NCBI RefSeq assembly: GCF_015852565.1
Contig: NC_136205.1
Coordinates: forward strand, 3,002,707-3,066,706
Direction of reading: 5' to 3'
Length of the DNA stretch: 64,000 nt
DNA from: Branchiostoma floridae
Lineage: Eukaryota
This document shows, piece by piece, positions 58,314 through 64,000 of the stretch. The notes under the pieces were generated by a model. That model did not search any database, was not told the DNA's origin, and was given only the letters and a program-made list of their open reading frames with translations. The translations under genes and the position numbers were made by a program. Position 1 is the first letter of the stretch, and each line of letters begins with the position of its first letter.

Positions 58314-59565
58314 TTGACGTTATACAACCAGGATGACCACATCTCACTAGAGGAAAACACAGGCGATCTACAGCAAGACGAGACGACTCCAGCAGGTCTG
58401 AATTCTGGAAATACTGAACCTGCTTCCAGCCAGGCTGACAATGATGGCGATCTCTTCACCAGGCCATATGATCTCAGATGTACCGAAGATGGCAAAGACG
58501 ACTACATTGATGATGAGAGCAGTCCCACAGAAGGTGATGCTGCGGATGAAATCGCACCGACTGTCGATTGTAACCATGGTGATGCCCATATTGTGCCATA
58601 CAAAGTTACTGACACGTGCCAGGATCACATGGTGTGCTTGAAGACAGTTTCAGAAGAGAGTGAAATAACGGAATCTTGCGTTGAACATAACAACACTGAT
58701 AACACCTTCACAAACATGGATGAATGTGACCCAACTAAGAGTGATGCTAAGATCGATACTGTCGTAAATAACGGAACCACGGTTAATACTCCACACTGCT
58801 CTAATGTACTCTATCCACTAACGACATGCGTCACGAATGTCCAAGCCCGGAATCAGATGTACACGCAAAATGCCGCAAACTCTGAAAACCCCAATCCGAT
58901 GTACGCGCAAAACGCCATAAACTGTGCCTCGGTGTACAAGCCAAAAGCCTGCGACCCTAATCCGATGTACGCCCCTGACCTTCCATTACATGCAACAGAG
59001 TCGGATACAACCCTCATAACATCAGGAACTGCAACATCATCAGGAACTGTCGAAACAACCGCGGAAGATCTTAACCCCAAAGCGGATACAGACATTGAGG
59101 CACAAGCAAGTCGGGATACCGAAGCTGGTAAATCTGCCTCCTGGCAAACAGACACTGGTGAGTGTTTCAACATCACGCCGTATGCTGTTAGATACCAGAC
59201 AGATGATGACAATGATGGCATCGTTACCAGAAGTAATAATGAGACAAGTAGAGGACAAACACAAAGCAGTATCCCTGGCAATGTCGACATCGAACCATAT
59301 GCGGTTAGGTATGAGAACGATGAAGACCTTGCAGCTAGAAGAAACGCAGCCAAGAACGAACGAACGCAAGATGTCAGCCCTGACGATGTCCACATTGAAC
59401 CGTACGCAGTCGCATACACGGGCGGGGATGACGATACCTCCACCAGGTCAGAAAGATGCAGCTCCACCACACATGGCACCGTTCTGGGGGGCAACAGTGA
59501 TGCGCGTGGCGTTAGAGATCAGGCACCGATGCATGTGCAAAACGGCCCCCAACAAAACTTTGGAG
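58314..59565 (+). CDS. NPxY/NHL gene copy B, exon 1 (acidic N-terminal region with NPMY x2, NQMY and PYAV(R/A)Y x3). The initiator ATG seen in copy A is mutated here (ATG to ATA plus a 1-nt indel).
   Basis: The ORF is open over 58314-59565 to donor G|GTAAGA, but it has no in-frame ATG until residue ~100. It is about 87% identical to copy A. Confidence 0.55.
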
Positions 59566-59812
59566 GTAAGATTGTCTATTGTGGCCATGTGCATATAACG
59601 GCTTAGACTTTGCGTAATGGACATCTATCTTACTTGCTCTAATGAAAGTGTCAACTTTTGTCAAAACCTGATGTGAATATAACAAAGCAAAAAATTTAAT
59701 ATCTGAGGCCTTTTGCTTTACTAGCACTGTAATCTTTAATACTACTTCTTTATCATTTTGATTTTTTTTTCCTTTGGATGTTATTATGGTGTCCTAAAAT
59801 ATGCTTTTACAG

Positions 59813-59937
59813 GGTTGCAAGTTCGATGGAAGTACGTCGCTGTCCTCATATGCACAGCTGCTGCCCTGTTGTCATTGGTCATTGGAGGAAGTTTAAGTTT
59901 CGCATTCATCAACAACAACACGCCGAATTCTCCTATG
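59813..59937 (+). CDS. NPxY/NHL gene copy B, candidate TM exon (LQVRWKYVAVLICTAAALLSLVIGGSLSFAFINNNTPNSPM)
   Basis: Acceptor gcttttacAG and donor ATG|GTACGC. Same phase problem as copy A. Confidence 0.45.
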
Positions 59938-61628
59938 GTACGCTTTCGTATACCGTTTTTTTTTTTGCTTTGTCTTCTTATCTTTAGCCTGGTATTCTTC
60001 CTCTTCTGGCGCACCTTCTTTCCGCTGATAGTTTCCTTTGTTAAATTTTCTTAAGAAGCGACGAGCGTTATCTCACTGGACTGCGCCAGATTGCACAAAG
60101 CTTTCACAAAAATTGTGCAAACCGACCCAAATTGGCACTGATCCGTGTAATGTGTAGTCTGAAATCGTGATTTTGTTAGACATTGCATTTACAAAATAGG
60201 CGCAAAGCAGCGCGAAACAGTGTAGTTTATACATTTAATGATATATAGATCTGCAAGTTCCAATAACCTGCTTATACGGGCTTCATATGCAATTGCGTCG
60301 CACATCAGCGAAACCACAAGAGAAAATTGGCATGTCGACCTCGCGCATGTTGGCATAGTCTTGTGAGATAACCACTTTAGTAATGACTTAAGTATGTGCC
60401 ATAGTCTTGTGAGATAACCACTTTAGTATGTGGCTCATCAAATTCATGACAATGTCTTCCATCGAGAGCAGAAATCAAGACCAATCCATACCTCGGATCG
60501 TCCCATCTGTTGTACTTCTGGCCATGGGTGGACGACAAAACCTGAGCTGACGTCAATAGCCCCTGAGGACTTTAAGGTAAGAAGAATGCTTAACAAGCTT
60601 CTTTACTTTTCAGCCATACTTCCAGTTTCCGATAGGTAGATGAAAGCACATATTTCATACTGTAAGCGTTTTGTCATGTGAAGTTAAGCAAACAAAATAA
60701 TGTAAGGTGCTACGCACTCATACAAAGATGTTGCAGCCATCAAGACATTGAATTGTCAGAAAGCTGTTTCAAATTCCTTGGAACTTCTGCATCACTTAAT
60801 CTTTTATTTGTTTTAGCAAACCGATAAGATGTCGAAGGATTATGACATTACCTTCTGATTTATCTATCTTATTTACTTATAATATTTGTTACATAAAAAA
60901 ACTTAACTCAAAGTGGTACCAAAGTCTACATACTGCAACATTGGACAAGAGTCTAACCATATTTTCAATTCTCTAAGTATCTGTTTACATCACTTCATGC
61001 TGTCACTTGGGAATATCAGCACGACTTCGAACGCACAGAAACTGATTAGAATATCATTGTTTTCACGCGTTAATGAGTTCATTCGTATTCTCTAACTAGA
61101 GCACGACTGCCAGTGATCCTTTTGGGGCAACAACGCCAACACTCTCGCCAATCTCAAGTACATCACACGGTAATAGTTTGTCTTGGACATGCTATGGTTT
61201 TGAATTTTGGTCAAGATAGCCTTTCATGGTTAGAAAAAGGAGAATAGACTTGTGCACCTTCTGAGTTTGCTCTGTAACCGAATATGATTCAAATTTAAAG
61301 GAGATGATATTCAGCATGCAGGCAGCTAATATAAGGAAAAGATGAACACAATAAAATACAAATCACGTAGATTAGGACTTAGTTGGATAATTGAATAGGA
61401 AATTAACTACCCCTCTTGTTTTTCCTAAAAAAAGACTTTAATATATTTAACGTATGTAATTTCTGAGAGGTTTAACAGTAGGCAGACACACGATATGCAA
61501 CTGCGGACTTAACTTGTATAATTCCTACAAAAATGACCTACTTTTAAAATTTTCTTTACGCAATTGTGACAGGCCTTTTTGTACCAGACCAAGTTATCAT
61601 TGATCGAATCCTCTTCCTTTTACTGTAG

Positions 61629-62479
61629 TTTCTCATGACAATAATGACAACTCAGAAAAGGTTGTCGTCGTCGGAAAGGAAGGAAGCACAATAATTGAAG
61701 GTCGAAGTCACCGTGGAGTGGCTGTCTCTGCTGACAACGAGATCTTCGTGACTGATTTCCAGAAGAGAAGGGTCCATGTCTACAACATAAGCGGAGCCTA
61801 TCGCCGCTTCTTCCGAACAGTCGTCCCTGGGGTCGCGGTGAGGAAAATGCAACCAAGCGATGTCGCCCTGGACGGAGAGGGGCATTTGTGGGTAGTGGGG
61901 AAGAGGAAGAATATTAATAAGAAAGCACATGTGGTGCAGTACAGACGCAATGGGCAGCCTCTGTTCACGTTTGACGTCAACTTCGTGTCCGTGAATCCTG
62001 GCATTGCATTTGACGCGACTGACCACAAAGTCATCGTGACCAGTATGAGTGGAGTTCTGATCTACCAGTCGAACGGCTCGCTGCATCTGAGATTTGAGGA
62101 GAGACGAAAGTTCCCAGTGTCATACGTAACCACAGACAGCGAGGGAAACATCTTTGTCTCGACCCCGGGTGAAATCCAGGTCTATAATCGCTATGGGGCA
62201 AGGCTATTCACATTCAGGGCACGTGGACTACAAAAAAGATGGTCGGGTGTTTCCCGGGGAATTTGCTTGGACACTTTGGGCCGCATCATTGTGACGAAAT
62301 TGCAACCAGAGGCGGTTGACATGTATACAAGCCGTGGGGGTTTTGTCCGCACCATCGCGAACATTACCAACCCAGCTGGTGTTGCCATGGGGCCGGACGG
62401 ACAGTTGGTGGTGGCGAACGTACAGCTCCGTACTGTGACCATCTTTCCACGCCAACTGGTATATCTGTCAGACAACTAA
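61629..62479 (+). CDS. NPxY/NHL gene copy B, NHL-repeat beta-propeller terminal exon
   Basis: Acceptor ttttactgtAG at 61627-28 (phase 1). Open to TAA at 62477-79. About 93% aa identity to copy A. Confidence 0.8.
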
Positions 62480-64000
62480 AGAGCAAAACGCCAAATGGTA
62501 CATTAATCAGACAATTAAAGAGCAAAAGAGTGAACAAACTCCTTCTCGGACATACGTGATCTTCACTAAAAACAGAACATTCTTCATTAATTTTCATAGC
62601 TACTCAGTCACACAGCCAGGACAGCGCATCAAAAATGTTTGATGTTCATTTGATTAAAGAGACTTAAATAAAAGAATGAAGGCTGTAGATGTGAACATAG
62701 AACTGTTCTTACAACAGCGTAGCAATAAAAGAATATACAAGAAAGAAAAAAATATCGGTAAAACGACAGATACATCACCTTGGCTCAAATACCATGATGC
62801 TTAGTGCAGTGAATGTATCTGAGTGATTGTAGAAAACAAAATGTAGTATGGTGTTGTTATTGGGGTTACAACAATTTTCTTCAATCAATGACTGTTTTGT
62901 TAAGGTACAGTACATACCTCCTAAATTTTCGATGTATAACAGCACATCTTCGTCACGGGGAATGACCTAGTCTCAATCTCGCGAGAAAACGAGACTAGGC
63001 CAGGCTTGCGTGGATCATCTCTCCCCGCCTCCTTGCGGAGAAGGGGTAGGTACGTAGGACTTGGGCAGCTCCCAACCCATTGGTTGAAGAAAATTGTTGT
63101 AACTGTATGCATACGTTACTGATGAACCTCTTCAAAGGTGTTGCTATTGTTTTTCTATGAATTATACTTTGAAAGTCGATAATGTTCGTAGCTTTAAGTA
63201 GATCTCTGCTGACATAACTTTGTGTAAAAAAATACAATGCGTAGTGCAATGAATGTATCCGAGTGATAGTAGGAAACAAAATGCAATATGGTGTTGTTAT
63301 TTTTCTATGAATTGCATTTTGAAAGAATGAAACAATGGTGTTAGCTTTAAGCAGTGTTTTTCTAACATAACTTTGTGCAAAAATATCAAGCTAGAGTTAT
63401 ATTCGGGAAAGAAAAGACACAGCTTTCCAAAATGTTTAATTTTGAGACAATCAGTATTCAATATTGAGAAAATATTATAGTTTCTGTATCTATTAGTAAA
63501 TAAACTCAAATTTCACGGCCGCCAATGTTAAAAAAAGGCAGACATGACGTGTGATTTGAGTAGTCTGTGATTGGTCGCACTTCAGTGTAAAACACTTTAT
63601 TGTGATAATATGTAATAGGTTCTGCTAATTGATGTTTTTAAACTGGTCAGTCTAAGGCTAAATTCAAAGATTGCTTAAAACTGACATTGACAGAAAATAG
63701 ATGTCAAGTGAAACTGTAAAATAATGTTATGAAATTAATCTAATAAAAAATCCAACAAAATCTTCCGCATATGTGTATCTGTATATCTGGTATAACCGCT
63801 CTTCGGCGCATCATCAACAGCAGCTTTGCAGCAGCTGGTTATACTGTAAATGCATTTAAGTTCGCGGGGATTTAATTTCGCGGTAGCTATAGCGGGAAAA
63901 GGGACTTTTCGCGGTGGTTTTAAGTTCGCGGTAGCACCATGCACTGTAGTCTCCTACTGCCATGGATAAATATTCGCGGTGGTATCAAATTAAAGTGGCC

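Larger units (their letters stand above)
55640..63650 (+). repeat. Right arm of the palindromic segmental duplication. It carries the plus-strand TM-NHL gene copy and is interrupted by a LINE insertion.
   Basis: See the left arm. The arms are about 85-93% identical in coding parts and contain indels. Confidence 0.85.

Overview
This is eukaryotic (metazoan) genomic DNA, not prokaryotic. It contains multi-exon genes with GT-AG introns, abundant MITEs, tRNA-derived SINEs, 5'-truncated LINE tails and microsatellites. The gene set and repeat landscape suggest an invertebrate deuterostome such as a cephalochordate, but that is a guess. Exon coordinates are good to about +/-2 nt; the printed sequence blocks and the ORF track disagreed by 1 nt in places.

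There are three gene regions:

(1) A 20-exon plus-strand gene (1.9-21.4 kb) encodes a p160/SRC nuclear receptor coactivator (NCOA) homolog. It has bHLH and PAS-A/B exons, a large exon with three LXXLL NR boxes, Q-rich and repeat-rich exons, and a C-terminal LLXXL ending in a stop. All 19 splice phases are mutually consistent. The first coding exon lies upstream of the window.

(2) A 16-exon plus-strand gene (29.0-43.5 kb) encodes a type-I membrane protein. Its domain order is signal peptide, Ig-like domain, three Tie/MEGF-type EGFs, one kringle, five EGF/cbEGF repeats, a TM helix and a short basic tail. All phases are consistent.

(3) A roughly 6-8 kb palindromic (inverted) segmental duplication has arms at about 44.9-50.8 kb and 55.6-63.65 kb. 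The two arms hold divergently transcribed paralogs of an unusual gene. Each copy has an acidic N-terminal exon with NPxY-type and PYAV(R/A)Y tyrosine motifs, a single-TM exon and a six-blade NHL-repeat beta-propeller exon. The 4.8 kb spacer contains tandem repeats, each carrying an inverted pair of octamer motifs (ATGCAAAT/ATTTGCAT). The right arm has a LINE insertion with target-site duplications.

A recurrent oddity is short tandem 'echo' copies of exon ends together with their splice donor or acceptor. There are at least seven such loci across the first two genes.
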